A stretch of DNA of 63,516 nt, filler included, from Octopus bimaculoides (taxonomy: Eukaryota), in NCBI RefSeq assembly GCF_001194135.2. It is 8 parts of 7 records of this genome, joined end to end, with 100 filler letters (N's around TTAATTAATTAA, not from the genome) between each part and the next. Parts side by side here need not be neighbours in the genome. Positions count along the whole stretch, not along the records: positions 6,007 to 14,509 come from NC_068986.1; positions 14,610 to 16,819 come from NW_026372126.1; positions 16,920 to 32,789 come from NC_068981.1; 5 more parts are not named here. One strand, written 5' to 3'. A model generated the notes under the pieces. That model did no database searches, was not told the origin of the DNA, and saw nothing but the letters and a program-made list of their open reading frames with translations. Below, piece after piece: positions 11,880-23,617 of this stretch (position 1 is its first letter; each line of letters starts with the position of its first letter). The position numbers were made by a program, and so were the translations under genes.

Positions 11880-13105
11880 GCTATAGAACCTATGTTGCAG
11901 GTTAAGACTCTCTTGAGGATCTGGAAAAAGATCCTGGGGACATTAGTTTTTACGCAAGAGGAGAATAGTGAGCTGTACTGTATCACCTGCCTCTTTTCAC
12001 TACACAAGAGGTCAGGGATCCTCAGTTTTATCGCAGTGTCGACTAGTTCAGGGTTCTGGGCTTATCTCCATATGGACCTAGAGCTGTAACTGATCCGCCC
12101 AGATACCTCACTATCCTCACACTGCGGGATCCGAGACATTGTACGCTACTCGCCTGTAGGATTCGATTCATTTCCGGTTGAGTTGGTGCCTCATTTGGTT
12201 CGACAAGATCAGCCAAATCTCTGAAAGTTCTCATACTGGATAGGCATGCGCTCGGGAAATTCCCTCTGAATTTTTCGGTAAGACTCTCTGTACTTCAGCA
12301 ATCCTTCAGGGTCAGCTTAAGCTTGGTGTCCGTAATGAACTTAATTCTGTTATTTCAGCCAACTACTCTCAGAACCTAGTTATAACATTCTGCATTATTA
12401 TTAAAAATACTTTTATTTGCGGAAAAGTTGCATACCTTAATCGAAATATTCCTTATCAAGCTATCCATAACATATCTAAGATGACTGGACGATCTATGAA
12501 CATAACGGAGGCCCTTGTTGAGTTTATAATATAATTCAGAAATCAAATCGGATGTTATATTTAGAAAGTTAATCCTTTCCAGTGCTTTTAGGAAGAGACA
12601 GAGAGAGTGAGGTTCTCGAAGAAAAACGTGAAAACCTTTTTCTCAGTCTTACAGGTCAGACTAGAAACATCTAGGAGTTGGTAGAGGAGTGTCATCCACA
12701 TAGAGTCCGTCTCCCTCAAGTTCGGAAAACTCTCCTTCAGTTGGTAAAGTATATCTAAATCTACAAGGTCCGTGACCTAGATGGAATCCGAGGATCCCCA
12801 TAAGTATATCAAACCTATCAGCTCTGGACTGTGTGCACTAATGTTACTCCTGAAAAGAAATTAGGCTAAAAGTATGGTGTTAATCTTATCTCGAGTTACG
12901 TCCAATATGTGTGAGATCGAAGGGTAGAAATTCTCTTTGTCAAACTGTATAAGAGAGGTACTATTCTTACTACCGATGTTTTCAAACCAGATTGTTACCT
13001 CCGTGATATTCGCCCACAGAATCATAGTCACGTTTTCTCTGACTTAGGAATTACCCTATCTACAATATTCTTACTAATTTTGCAAATATATGATTTCAAA
13101 GAACA
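11880..13105 (-). pseudogene. Penelope-like retroelement reverse transcriptase relic (frameshifted)
   Basis: Manual minus-strand translation gives, in order: KISKNIVDRV, LWANITEVTIWFENIGSKNSTSLIQFDKENFYPSIS, FDILMG/SSD..VTDLVDLDILYQLKESFPNL/GDGLYVDD (YVDD at 12691-12702), RINFLNITSDL...LRYVHRSSSH...SANKSIFNNNAECYN, and KRQVIQYSSLFSSCVKTNVPRIFFQILKR. These match the PLE motifs QFDIxxFYPSI, FDVTMGSYDG, GLYRDD, VNFLDVT, YVHxxSNHP and IWFNPP..VKT. Confidence 0.9.
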
Positions 13106-13107
13106 AT

Positions 13108-13192
13108 GTAAGAGAACCCTTCGGTCTTGAATGACCATGGGATTGCACCTAGGAAATTACCTTCTAAACACTGAGCCATGCGCCTTCACAAA
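13108..13192 (-). mobile_element. Short, probably internally deleted SINE (tRNA-like head joined to a tail)
   Basis: The minus strand starts gtgaaggcgcatggctcagtgtttag (A-box-like) and runs directly into ...gcaatcccatggtcattcaagaccgaagggttctctt. Confidence 0.5.
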
Positions 13193-13479
13193 GGGCAATA
13201 TATTTAACATATATACATATGCACTTATATGTATATATATACGTATGAATATATAAGTGCGCGCGCGCATGCACGCACACACGGTTCAAAACAAAAGACA
13301 GAGGCAGTNNNNNNNNNNNNNNNNNNNNNNNNNNNNNNNNNNNNNNNNNNNNNNNNNNNNNNNNNNNNNNNNNNNNNNNNNNNNNNNNNNNNNNNNNNNN
13401 NNNNNNNNNNNNNNNNNNNNNNNNNNNNNNNNNNNNNNNNNNNNNTATATATATGGGAGAATGTACGAAAAAAACAACA

Positions 13480-13660
13480 ACAGACGAGGACAGGTGGTGT
13501 AAACAACAAAAGGATGTATTAGTATGACGCTCGGGAATACGGAAAGTCTTTAACGTTTCGAGCTACGCTCTTCAACAGAAAGAATACGGAGACAAGGAGA
13601 AAAACACGGAGAAAAAAAATTGAATAGTGTTCAGTCAACGGTCAATCATAGTAATGGTTT
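13480..13660. mobile_element. Penelope-like terminal-repeat fragment
   Basis: ggatgtattag...ttaacgtttcgagctacgctcttcaacagaaag. A homologous copy lies at 2860-2965. Confidence 0.55.
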
Positions 13661-14668
13661 ACAAAAGTGGAAAAGTTCAAAAGTTATATATATATATATA
13701 TACATATGTATGTATCTATGCATGTATTTAAATGTATTATGCATACATATACATACGTGTGCATATATAGGAAGAATGATTTTCTTAAACTGAAAAAGTT
13801 AAAAGCTATAAATTATATTTTATGGTTCTATAAAAACTACAGAAAGAGACAAATCTTTTGGAAAGGAGAGTTCTTCCCAACCGATTTAGACATTCCGTCT
13901 TTATGAAAAAATTAAAAAGTTTGAAAAAAATATATAACTATCAATTTTTAATTTTAAAATGTTCAAATTTTGAAACTCGACCAAGAATTCTTTTAAAAGA
14001 AATTTTAATATATACATGTATATTGTCTGATTCGCTAATCTGACAGCGTATCGATTGATCTGCATATGGTTTGGTCTAAAGATTTGGGAGATTATTGCAT
14101 AATCTTATAGATGTTGCACATCTTAAATAACTGCATGTACAATGTAACGTCGCAATAAAATCTCTTAATGAATCATTGTAGCAATGTAACATAATCTATT
14201 CGTATGGTTTTATCATCATATATACATGCATATTTGTATATATTTACATGCACACACAGATACACACACATACATACACACGCACGTATACTTATGCATA
14301 TATACACATGTCTATATACATGTACATTTATATATATTTTTGTATATAAGCATATATGTTTAAATATATATATGTATATTGTTACGATCAGACAAATTAT
14401 AATGTAAGAAAAAGGGGTAAACTTCTGACCGCAACAACAAAATATTCAAACAGGGAAGCAAACGTTCATATATGGAGATTATGTCTAGTATTAATTCTTT
14501 CAAGGTAGGNNNNNNNNNNNNNNNNNNNNNNNNNNNNNNNNNNNNNNNNNNNNTTAATTAATTAANNNNNNNNNNNNNNNNNNNNNNNNNNNNNNNNNNN
14601 NNNNNNNNNGGTTGGAGTGTTGCTTGCAAGATTGTGATTTAAATTTATCGTTTTTATGTCGGTTATAG

Positions 14669-14720
14669 CTTCTGGGGTGAAGTAGACCATTGCATTTGTG
14701 AAGGCCACCTCAGACATAGG
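14669..14720 (+). CDS. Candidate internal exon of an unidentified gene (FWGEVDHCICEGHLRHR)
   Basis: Acceptor ttttatgtcggttatag and donor AGG|GTAAGT. Only one frame is open. Ends in phase 0, compatible with 15036-15092. Confidence 0.3.
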
Positions 14721-15035
14721 GTAAGTTATTACTGTGTGGCGTGTGGGCAAGTACGTTTTGCCATACCCTTCGCTTGACCCAAACAATCTGAGGTACAATC
14801 TATCACATCAATACTATCTGAAGATTATGTCAAGCTTATACATGTCTATAGTGTACTCAGCCACTTTTACAGAAATTCTATGAGAACGCACATAGTTCTA
14901 TTGATCGAACAAATTCTAGTCGACGTCAAAATCGATTGGGGTCCATTTCTTTACAGTTCATCTTATGAAATCAATATTATATTCAGTAGAAATTATTTTC
15001 TATAATTATTTATCTATTTTATTTTATTTGATAAG

Positions 15036-15092
15036 ATTACCCGCCTGTCTGTACTCTACAACAACATCAAGATTGTTATTTACCGAGAAAAG
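15036..15092 (+). CDS. Candidate internal exon (ITRLSVLYNNIKIVIYREK)
   Basis: Acceptor ttttatttgataag and donor AAG|GTGAGT. 57 nt, phase 0-0. Confidence 0.3.
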
Positions 15093-15599
15093 GTGAGTAT
15101 ATTTACGATGGATGTAGCAGATGTCCGAATATATAATATATGATATATATTTATATAACATGTATAAAATATATAGTATATATATAATATACATACATAT
15201 ATATGTGCGTGTGTGCATATATGTATATGTATGTATAGTCGAAATTAAAGAAGGAAAATGCACACACTTTACATAGTTTTAATGTAATTTTTGATATATC
15301 TTATATTGCGTTTGATGACCGGTTTCACTGTCCTAATCATGACATTGAAATTTATCTAAATAGGTATTTTCTTAAGAAAATTTTTTTGTCCATGTTGTGC
15401 GTGGAGTTTATGAATGAATGATTCAACAAGTAGAAAACATCTAAGGGGAGGTAATTAGTTATCGTTATTATTGTGGAGAGGGGAGATAATTGTTCATCTT
15501 TCGGTGGGGGTGGGGAAATATAAATATATATACACAATAATTCGAAAGCTAGAGTAGTGGGAGAAATATGTACAGTGATGGCTATGTAATCGTTTAATT

Positions 15600-15960
15600 A
15601 AAATATGTTTAGAGATCAAAGTTGGTTATGCGCGCATTTTTAGAAGTGTTCTGTATTTTTCGATGAGTAAATTTTCTCTATTTTAAGATTCTGGCAAAGA
15701 AATTGTGTCTTGCTTTTTGTAGAAGGGGAAGACTGTGAAATTGGGTTTGATGTTATCTGCACGTCTCTCTCTGTGTTCACTTAAAGGAATCTGTCTGTAT
15801 TGCGGGAAACGGATCTGCTCTTTATGTAGAGTGGTTCTCCGTCTCAATGTCATACCCGTTTGTCATACATGGTGATTATCACAATCCGAGCAGGTTATTA
15901 CATAAATTAGATTCTCAGACGCGCACGTGAAGCATAATAATATATGCGTTGTAAATTAAG
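15600..15960 (-). pseudogene. GIY-YIG endonuclease relic of a Penelope-like element
   Basis: FTCASENLIYVITCSDCDNHHV*QTGMTLRRRTTLHKEQIRFPQYRQIPLSEH...DNIKPNFTVFPFYKK...RENLLIEKY. The LIY...YIGQTG motif is degenerate, and the FPFYK C-terminus is typical of PLE endonucleases. Confidence 0.85.
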
Positions 15961-16675
15961 AGATAAAAGTAGCCAGATTCTGGGTTAACCTATACCTATA
16001 GAATCCCCATATACTTTATTATTTAATCCTGATTTATCATTAACTTCTTTATTTATCCTCGGTTGTTTTTAATTTTATTTTTATTTTTCATTTTTATTTA
16101 TTTATTTTACATTTCATTTTATATTATATTTTAATTAGAACTGCAATGTGGCACATTAATAACATATTAAGCTGATTCCTAATTCCCCGCTTAAATACAC
16201 AAATATATTATCATTTTCCAGATATGCTCCCGTTAAAAATTGTTCCGACTTTGATGTCTTTATATATATATTTTCCCTACATCCCTGCTATACATGAATG
16301 CATTTTATGTAATTCATTGTCATTTATTTTATTTCATTTTATTTTCAATCTATTTATATGTAAGTATTTCCTTTTACATAATGTATATTTTCTTAATAAT
16401 TCCTTTATCTCCTGAAACCTATTTCATAGCATATTTATTCCGGTTTCTCTAACGGAACGCTGTATGCCTGAAAATTAAAATTTTCTTCTATCCAATAGTT
16501 TAATATTATTGTTTTTGTGTTTTTTTTACCTCAAAGGCGTGAAATAAATTTTTTTAAGAGATGAAAGGATATATTATGTATTTTGATATTTTCTCTTTCC
16601 ATCTTAGTCTAGACTTGATATTTATTTGTTTATTTAAATTAAATTTTATTTCATTATTATAAACATAAACAATAA

Positions 16676-16744
<69 letters not shown>
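16676..16744. repeat. (ATT)n microsatellite
   Basis: About 22 perfect units seen directly. Confidence 0.95.
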
Positions 16745-16928
16745 TTATGTTTAACTTTTGCTTTGCAAAATGGATCCAAGTCTCACCCAGAGACCTCAAG
16801 AGACAACAAGTTAGAAGTTNNNNNNNNNNNNNNNNNNNNNNNNNNNNNNNNNNNNNNNNNNNNTTAATTAATTAANNNNNNNNNNNNNNNNNNNNNNNNN
16901 NNNNNNNNNNNNNNNNNNNATATATATA

Positions 16929-16964
<36 letters not shown>

Positions 16965-17532
16965 TGTATAATAAATATTAAACCATTCAGACTATAGGTT
17001 CCTGAGAAGGAAATCGTAGCTAGTATGTGTAATGTGTGGTGTTTCTCCTACAAACTAAGCTATGCATATATGTATGCATGTATGTATGTATGTATGTATG
17101 TATGTGCGAGTGTATGTGTGTTAAATAACGGTGAAACATCTTCCATAACAGAAGGCTCACCTCTCCTTTGTTGTATGAAATACTGCGTCATTAGTCTACG
17201 AATTCGAACGAATGTCAGTAGCAGCTACTTGAAAATAAAGAGAAAATAAATCTATCTTGATAATGACTTAGTGCAGAGATTGATAGTAAAGATAACTTTA
17301 AGATATTAGTATTTATTGGTTTCAAGATCAACATATAATAAACATTGTCATTTAATCCGTTTATTAAGTACTTGCATCACAAACCAATGCTGATTTATTC
17401 CATATCAAATTAAGAGCATTCCAATGATTTGTCATCGAATAATTTACGTTTCGTGTCTCAAGTTAGATTTGAATTTCGGATCGGCATGCGATTCTTAAAC
17501 ATGCTATTCGCTTGCTGAAACTTTCTTTTCAG

Positions 17533-17606
17533 TTCGAAATGTTTCATTCAATTAGTTGTGTTTGTAAGACCGAAATCAAGGCATTTAATGAATAATCTGG
17601 ATAAAG
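17533..17606 (+). CDS. Candidate exon (SKCFIQLVVFVRPKSRHLMNNLDK)
   Basis: Acceptor ctttcttttcag and donor AAG|GTATTT, with one open frame. No homology recognised. Confidence 0.2.
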
Positions 17607-19770
17607 GTATTTATTGATTTTAAATCCAAGAGAGAGCGTTATTTTGAATACTGACACTTTGAGTTTCGTATAGTTAGAGAATTATTGACCGTTTAACCAC
17701 TACGTATTGTTGTATGATAGCGTTTATATTTAGCACATTATTATGGATATGAACATGCTAAGAAGAGCAGTTAATCGATAGAAGCTGTACATTGCTTCCA
17801 CTTATACCTGATGACCAATGATAGAAGCAATGTTTCGATACTTATAGTTGAGCAAGTATCTATGACAGAAAACGCATTACTCTATAGAGAAATGCTATCC
17901 CCATTTCACGATTCCTGCTAGGATAATGCGATTATTTGTAACTGAAGTGAAATGAAACGAATATATCCAGATTTGTCATCATTGTTATAGTGTGTATACT
18001 CGTGTAAAACAAATTGCATATGTGTGAGCGTGAATGTGTGTGAATGCTAGCTTAAAAGAATGTGGATGTTTTGTCGATGATAGTAATGTTAATTCTTGTG
18101 GTGTTGGTGGCGGTATGGTATTGGCATTTTGAAAGTGGTAATTGTATGTTGAGTATGACATTCGTTCAATCAATACTGCTGTGTATTAGAATTTGTAATA
18201 TAAGATCATGTTCGGAGACATCAATAACACCCCACTACACACACGACTTACACGAGCGCACGCAGAAACACGTAACAAACACACACACGCTTAGATACAT
18301 ATATTCACTCACGACTACAAATTATGGATTGTTGATAATAGTAATAGTTACTAATTCCTTCCGATCCAGCTTTATTAATTCCAAACAGAAAAGCCATTAT
18401 TTGCAAAGCTGGAATAGTTAAAAACTTTAAATCTTCCCTTTTCCATGTAAAAACTTTATTTTCTTTTTTCTGCTTAACTTATCGATGACAGAATCAGAAA
18501 TATTATGAGAACAATAAAAGTTAGAAAAGAACTATAACAGACAAAACGAATAATATTAAAGCTGATTGTAAACTACTATAACTTGAGATCTACACGAGAG
18601 CTAAATATGGACAAAATTTACTAGCAGAAAACGAAAAATCTTTAAATGCTTCAAACAGAAATACTCCCAACAAATATTTGTTCATCTAATACTAAATTAC
18701 GATCACCGATTACTATAAATGCACTACACAACCAATCACCACATATCAATTCACCATTTTTCTTTGCTTTAACGCCATTCTTTATAAGGTTACGACAGTT
18801 ATGGTAGTTCTGGTTCTAGATATAATAAAGCCTGAAAACTACTCTATGATGTAAGATTCTAACCAAATAATAGCTAAGGCTTCTGCATTAAAACCTCTGA
18901 CTGAGCCAGGTCATCCTATGATTTGAAGATGAGAATTTACTGGTTAAAACGTCCACGAAGACAAGTATATAAATTCTATTTTTCCAAGAGTCTATCCAAA
19001 TAATAAACGATAAATAACTCAGGTATTCTATGCACTGAATAATGCACGTAAAAATTAAGAAATGAATTCGGAAGGAATTAAAATTTGGAGAAAGAAAGTA
19101 GATAATTTAGTGGTAATGTTCAAGATTCTGAAAGTAAACAAGATAATTTCAAGAGGAATTAAAAATTCATGTCCATAAATTTGTTTTAGCTTAATGGAAA
19201 AATATTATCTTTGTTGAACGTCAAGATACATGTTCAGGTTGTATTAGACCTCACCATAAAATATAAACTATTCAAATCTAGTCTGAACAAAATTTCTAAG
19301 AATTTTGCCTTTAATAAAAATTTTAGAATTTTGAGTAATTACAAAGAATAAAATAAGAGAAATAAGTCAAGTGGACATGGGTATGAAATTAAATGATTTC
19401 AGGCAGATAATGTATTGAATGGAAACACTCCTAATTAAAGATACATTTGTTTCCTATTTGGACAATGAAAATAAAACCTGGTGGCAATTGTAAAATCACG
19501 AAACAGACGTCAACACACCTAAGGCAACGATCACTAAAGGGCTAAAATACAAGAAACCATGCTGGGAAACTAACTGAATTCTTTTTTCAATATTACATTA
19601 TTGTCGAATATATTAACTTAGGTCAAACTCTCGTGGATTAAATATTTTCTTTACACTGCATACTAGATTTTAAATTAGCACCATGCTAAATGCCTTGCAA
19701 CATTTGTTTCGACACACAGAGCTCTGAGTTCACGTACTGTTTGAGTGAACTTTGACTTACAACCTTTCAG

Positions 19771-19868
19771 AATTGAAAGAATAGCGAACAGCCATGGAGA
19801 ATTAGTGGAACTATTCAATATTTTGAGATATTTGTCCCGATCTTCTTTGCATTCTAAATTCTTGGACG
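19771..19868 (+). CDS. Candidate exon (IERIANSHGELVELFNILRYLSRSSLHSKFLD)
   Basis: Branch-like tgacttac plus acceptor ctttcag, and donor ACG|GTAAAT. One open frame. Overlaps a competing minus-strand ORF (19675-19983). Confidence 0.25.
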
Positions 19869-20444
19869 GTAAATTTAACCCGTCACCCTGACTTCTTCGG
19901 TGCCTTTCATACAATCTACTGCAAGCTTTCAGAACAAACAACTGTATGAGGATCACTTCTTCCAAATATCTCGAGAAAAACATTTAAAAAAATAAAACGT
20001 TAATGGCATTGTCTTTCCTTCCCAAAATACTCGTAAATAATTATGTAGTAATTTGAGCCCACTTGCTATAAATTATATCAATCTGTAATCATTTGCAAGG
20101 ACAGATTATCCGTTATTGTTTTTTTTACTACTTATTCTGACAATATTTTCTCACAGCTAGACTCACTATCACATTTAAAAATGAAGGGTTCATATTTCAA
20201 ATACTTTGCCACAATAATGCCTGCACCATGATAAAGATAAGATCACTGTAAAATGAAAGTAAATAAAAGGAATGCTGGTAATTAAATGCGAGTCATAGTT
20301 TCCCTTAAGCTGTTAAGACCGGATCACAAATCGTACTTTTACAAACATTCAGAATAGATAGTTCACAGTTTCATTAAAGCTATGATCTCCCAATCACTAT
20401 GCAGGGACGATAAGGACAACAAAAAAATAACCATTGAGTCTTCC

Positions 20445-20640
20445 ACTGTACACGTCACTAGAGTTTACAGGTGACATGCTAGAAATAGCAACCAAATCTT
20501 TCTAGAACCATCACTTAAAATACATATGGGACAATTAATTCTTATGTACAGAGGCTGAATTGTTACGACTAGAGTAACTTTGGTAAATAGTCGGTCAGCT
20601 CCATCATCATGGTCCTGTGGTTAAACGAAAAGAACAGGAT
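20445..20640 (+). repeat. Interspersed repeat family D (non-coding, about 200-300 bp)
   Basis: tgctagaaatagcaaccaaatct... also occurs at 35990-36355, 41080-41480, 41860-42080, and in reverse at about 31560-31760 and 37090-37320. Confidence 0.7.
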
Positions 20641-20684
20641 TAGAAAAATAGACCAGGTAGGGGAGAGGGTACAACCTGTCCAGA

Positions 20685-21055
20685 CTTTCTTTTATTTGTT
20701 TCAGTCATTTGACTGCAGCCATACTGGAGCACCGCCTTTAGTCGAGCAAATCGACCCCAGGACTTATTCTGTGTAAGCCTAGTACTTATTCTATCGGGGT
20801 TTTTTGCCGAACCGCTAAGTGACGGAGACGTAAACACACCAGCATCAGTTGTCAAGCGATGTTGGGTTGGGGGGACAAACACAGACACACAAACACACAC
20901 ATACGTATATATCCATATATACGACGGTCTTCTTTCAATTTCTGTCTACCAAAACCACTCACAAGGTCCGAGGCTATAGTAGAAGACACCTGCCCAACGT
21001 GCCACGCAGTGGGACTGAACCCAGAACCATGTGGTTATTAAGCAAGCTACTTACT
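20685..21055 (-). mobile_element. SINE family A
   Basis: Reverse complement of the 1645-2060 consensus, with part of the core deleted. Confidence 0.9.
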
Positions 21056-21205
21056 GAATTTTGGCACAAGGCCAGCAATTTCGGAGGAAGGGATAAATCG
21101 ATTACATCGATCCTAGTGCTTAACTTGTACTTATTTAATCGATACCAACAGGATGAACGGCAAAGTCGAACTCGGTGGCATTTAAAATCAAAACGTAAAA
21201 GTTGA
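21055..21205 (-). mobile_element. SINE family B fragment
   Basis: ggcacaaggcc...atcgattacatcgatcctagtgct...caggatgaacggcaaagtcgaactcgg. Confidence 0.75.
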
Positions 21206-21229
21206 ACGACCATAGATTAAATATTGCAT

Positions 21230-21515
21230 TATCATCATCATCATCACCATCATCATCGTCGTCGTTGTCGTCGTCGTCGTCATCATCATCGTCATCGTCA
21301 TCAAGACCACCAATACTATCTATTTCGTCGTCATAGGTAATAATGATCAACTCCAACAGACGTATCTATAACAGCATTCGTTAACAATATCATCATCGTC
21401 GTCGGCGTCTTGATTATGACCACCACTGCTACCAACGGCTACAACAACGAAAACAACAATAGCATCAACGCTACCATTTCTACCAGCATAATTATTATTG
21501 TATTGCTATGCGACA

Positions 21516-21555
<40 letters not shown>

Positions 21556-21565
21556 CGACGATGAC

Positions 21566-21600
<35 letters not shown>

Positions 21601-21654
21601 CGATGATGATGATGATGACGATGATGATGATGATGATGATGATGATGACGATGG

Positions 21655-21686
<32 letters not shown>

Positions 21687-21710
21687 GATGATGATGATGA
21701 TGACGACGAC

Positions 21711-21748
<38 letters not shown>

Positions 21749-21749
21749 C

Positions 21750-21786
<37 letters not shown>

Positions 21787-22195
21787 GCAACACAAGGAAT
21801 GAAATGTCCGGAATGTGGAGAAATAAAGAGGAAAAGGCGGAGTAAGCGGAGTAAGCGGAGTAAGCAGAGGGTGACGGGAGAAGTTAGGCGGGAGTTTTAT
21901 GGCGGTGTTGGTTATCAGTATGAGGTAGGAAACATAAAACTGGAAAAGGCGTGGCAATTTAATGATGATGACGACGACGATGATGATGATGATGATGATG
22001 ATGATGACGATGGATGATGATGATGATGACGATGATGATGATGATGATGATGATGANNNNNNNNNNNNNNNNNNNNNNNNNNNNNNNNNNNNNNNNNNNN
22101 NNNNNNNNNNNNNNNNNNNNNNNNNNNNNNNNNNNNNNNNNNNNNNNNNNNNNNNNNNNNNNNNNNNNNNNNNNNNNNNNNNNNNNNNNNNNNNN

Positions 22196-22227
<32 letters not shown>

Positions 22228-22228
22228 C

Positions 22229-22260
<32 letters not shown>

Positions 22261-22369
22261 CGATGATGATGACGATGATGATGACGATGATGATGACGAT
22301 GGATGATGATGATGATGATGATGATGACGATGATGATGACGATGATGATGACGATGGATGATGATAAAT

Positions 22370-22404
<35 letters not shown>

Positions 22405-22470
22405 TATCATTATCATTATCATCATCATCATCATCATTATCATTATCATCGTCGTCGTCGTCGTCGTCGT
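21230..22470. repeat. Compound (GAT/GAC)n and (ATC/GTC)n microsatellite field
   Basis: Seen directly. It is the source of the poly-D/M/S/I/H ORFs. Confidence 0.95.
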
Positions 22471-23289
22471 GATGCTGTCACATAGACGAAATAAACTTTT
22501 CAAATAAAATAAAATATCACACATACTAAAAAATAAAACAACAAAAAAGAAAGAAAGAAAGAAAGAAAGAACGAAAGAAAGAAACCAGTAGAAAAAAAAA
22601 TAGAAAGAAACGTGAAATTGTAATTTGATTTATTTCCAGTAATGGTTAAACTGTGATAACCCCATACCAACCTGCGCCAACCACACTGGTCGCTTCAACT
22701 CACATAGTGCGCAACAGTTCATAGACCGCCACATCACACAACTTCCTTTCACATAAAACTTCAGCCTTCTACATTACAACAGATCCACGTATTTTGATTG
22801 GCGTTTTGTTATCTAGTTAATGGTTTAGTCATGTTTACACGGAACATGACGTCAATGATTCCACTTCATTCGACGATTAAATATAGCAGACTTTGGCACG
22901 GAATATTATCACTGATACTAAAATCACCAACGAGTATCCCACTCTTACCATTAAAAAAATAAATAAATAAAATAAAAATGATATAAAAATAACTATTAAA
23001 AAAAAAACATTACTAGCAACGTGGACAGTACACTTGTTAGAGATAGCAACCAAATTTTTTATTCAAATCAGCTCCTGCTATTTTAAGAAGAGAATGAATG
23101 GTAATTTGGATTGTGTAGATTAAAGTACATTGTACCAGGTGAAAGAAAAAGAAAGGAAAGAGCAGTGGGATGGTCAGCGTTGGAATGTCTTTGGTTATAG
23201 CATTTTTGCTGAATGAAGTTCCACGTTGGACCAAACAATAGCCGTCGACTAGAGCTACACTTGCTATTACTTTTCCTACTGTTGCTACT

Positions 23290-23390
23290 GTCGGAATAAC
23301 TTGGTCACTTTACTACCACTACTACAACTACTACCACTACCACCACCACCACCACCACCGCCGCCACTAATACCACCACAATGATCACTA

Positions 23391-23446
<56 letters not shown>

Positions 23447-23617
23447 GCTAATACTACTGCTGCCGCCGCCGCTGCTGCTGCTGCTGCTGCTGCTGTTGCT
23501 ACCAATCTTACTTTCACTAAGAGTGAAAGGTAATACTACTACTACTACTACTACTATGACCACCACCACCACCACCGCCACTAATACCACAACGACGATT
23601 ACTACTACTACTACTAC
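23290..23617. repeat. (CTA)n/(CCA)n/(GCT)n compound microsatellite
   Basis: Seen directly. Confidence 0.9.

Noticed and set aside
18062-18421. ORF with a hydrophobic N-terminus (MDVLSMIVMLILVVLVAVWYW…)
   Set aside because: The hydrophobicity derives from low-complexity GTG/TTG sequence, and the rest runs into a CA repeat.
18800-19500. Possible very old LINE RT (GIKIWRKKVDNL)
   Set aside because: Too degenerate; no catalytic motif could be recovered.
21439-22524. Poly-Asp/Met/Ser/His ORFs, and the YI/HT/VC ORFs elsewhere
   Set aside because: They are translations of microsatellites, with no codon complexity or splice support.
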